From Lepidodermella squamata (lineage: Eukaryota; Animalia; Gastrotricha), in assembly GCA_047495785.1 (NCBI GenBank), contig JBLDXI010000033.1, forward strand, positions 186,001 through 250,000: a DNA stretch of 64,000 nt. The letters are read 5' to 3'. Both the position numbers and the translations under genes were made by a program. The notes beneath the pieces are model-generated. The model searched no databases, was not told where the DNA came from, and was given only the letters and a program-made list of their open reading frames with translations. How positions within the stretch are numbered: position 1 is the stretch's first letter; each line of letters starts with the position of its first letter. Of this stretch, positions 62,448-64,000 are shown piece after piece.

Positions 62448-63584
62448 ATGTTTTTCCTATTCATCATACTCTCGAACGTAGGCTCTAGCTGGCTATTCTC
62501 GGAAATAGCGAATGCTAGAAGTATAGCTTTGCTAAATAAATGCGGTCACCTGTCAGTTGAATCTGTGAATCCGAGCTGTAACACTAGCAGCAGTTTCGCC
62601 TACTCCGACCACTCTTGCACGCCAACGCCTGTTGAAATTAGTTTGGTCGTCTATCGCAACTACGGAATTGATGACATAAATCAGAGCTTCAAGCTGCTGT
62701 TCAGCGTTTCAGTTGAGTGGGCTGTCAGCTGCAAAGCACTAGAACACGATGAAGGAGAAATATTCTACCCGAATGCCTCGCTTTTCTGGACACCTCTGAT
62801 ATATCACGACAATTCCATTGATGATCTTTCCATGAAACATTTTCACAAGGATCTAATTATTCGAACAAAGAAAGGTTTTGCGTCTTCCCTGATGGTTCTG
62901 CGAGGTGTGGCTACTTCTCTATGTGATATAGACTTGAGGAATTTTCCATTTGACTACCAAGAATGTTCGATTGGTATTCGCGTAGGAAATCGAATTAAAG
63001 ATGCCATAGTAAAAGGAACAGTAAAAGCCCGTTATGATTTCAATACGCCAACTCGTGACAACTGGGAACTTCTGACAATCCGAATGAATGTAGATCCTCG
63101 TTCCCTGGCTTCTCGTTCTCCCGTTTTCAAAATTGTTCTCAAAAGACGACCCCACTTCTATGTCTGGTTTCTAATTGTTCCTTGCATCATTTTGACCTCG
63201 ATGCAGTTCCTCTCTGTCGCTATTCATGCAACCAAGCCTTTAAGGCCAGTCTTTGCGTTTACTGTTCTCCTTGCTATGACCGCTTTGAGGCTTGAAGTTA
63301 CCCGAAGGACTCCAGCTAAGCCCGGACGGATGCTACTAACGGATTTCACGCGCTCCTGTGAACTGTTGACGCTGCTGATTACTGTATACGCATTTGTAAC
63401 GTGCTACATGGCGAAAAAGTACTCCAAATGGTACAATCGGAACGTCATAGTTCGTGGGCGTTTCAAGCTGTCTCGAAATAGGCTGATGGACGTTATAGCT
63501 TTTTCGGTAGCTGTTATTGCCTTCAGTGTAATTTGCATCGCCGTTCTTGAACCTGTTCGATATACGGATAACACTGCGCATTAA
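62448..63584 (+). CDS. Cys-loop ligand-gated ion channel subunit, copy L3, 378 aa
   Basis: Cys-loop CDIDLRNFPFDYQEC and four TM segments. Likely 5'UTR intron 62368-62445. Confidence 0.88.
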   Translation: MFFLFIILSNVGSSWLFSEIANARSIALLNKCGHLSVESVNPSCNTSSSFAYSDHSCTPTPVEISLVVYRNYGIDDINQSFKLLFSVSVEWAVSCKALEHDEGEIFYPNASLFWTPLIYHDNSIDDLSMKHFHKDLIIRTKKGFASSLMVLRGVATSLCDIDLRNFPFDYQECSIGIRVGNRIKDAIVKGTVKARYDFNTPTRDNWELLTIRMNVDPRSLASRSPVFKIVLKRRPHFYVWFLIVPCIILTSMQFLSVAIHATKPLRPVFAFTVLLAMTALRLEVTRRTPAKPGRMLLTDFTRSCELLTLLITVYAFVTCYMAKKYSKWYNRNVIVRGRFKLSRNRLMDVIAFSVAVIAFSVICIAVLEPVRYTDNTAH

Positions 63585-63727
63585 TAGTCCCATCCCTAGT
63601 CCGTGGTTCGCATGTCAATTGCAAGAAACAAGCCAAGTACGGGGAGGCGCCGATCTCGAACTATTCAATAATACGTGATATACGTATCTATTGTATGCTC
63701 ATTTCTTCTGATATGTATGTGTGTCAC

Positions 63728-63994
63728 CAGAGGCGTAGCCAGGATTTATTTTTGGGGGGTGTTAATGAAACCTGCGGCCTCGAAAATTTCGGGGTCGAAA
63801 AAACACATTAAAAGCCCATTTGCGAGCGAAGCGAGCTTTAGCTGGCGCTTTTTCGGGCATTTTCAAGCTGAAAATAGCCTTAAAATGCGTTAAAAGTTGC
63901 ATGCTTCTCAGAAAATTTGTTACTGGAGACCACTTTCAGGATTTCTTTGGGGGGTGTTTAACACCCAAAACCCCCCCCCCTGTCTACGCCACTG
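63728..63994. mobile_element. hAT-type MITE with 8-bp TSD
   Basis: TGTGTCAC|CAGAGGCGTAG...CTACGCCACTG|TGTGTC (right TSD cut by the window end). Confidence 0.75.
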
Positions 63995-64000
63995 TGTGTC

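Overview
Eukaryotic (probably invertebrate animal) genomic DNA with GT-AG introns; no prokaryotic operon, CRISPR array, rRNA or tRNA gene is evident. The backbone is a same-strand (+) tandem array of six paralogous ~611-620 aa genes (G1-G6). Each has an N-terminal TPR exon A, a highly conserved 801-804 nt exon B of unknown family and a variable terminal exon C, joined by phase-1 introns. There is also a decayed orphan exon A and an orphan exon C. Three single-coding-exon, divergent Cys-loop ligand-gated ion channel genes are interleaved on the same strand. Introns and spacers are packed with short remnants of many transposon superfamilies (Ty3/gypsy-like LTR, CACTA, MULE, Helitron, hAT, P, piggyBac, LINE, Penelope-type hammerheads, MITEs). 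Almost all of the orientable remnants are antisense to the genes. Intron 1 of G3 holds a 6-kb foldback with 1,781-bp inverted arms and further nested inverted repeats. Main hypotheses: (i) the locus is one long + strand, possibly polycistronic transcript that doubles as an antisense transposon trap (uni-strand piRNA-cluster-like); (ii) a mosaic, exon-interchangeable TPR gene family; (iii) a chemosensory-like expansion of non-canonical Cys-loop receptors. All family assignments come from motif recognition by eye, not database searches.
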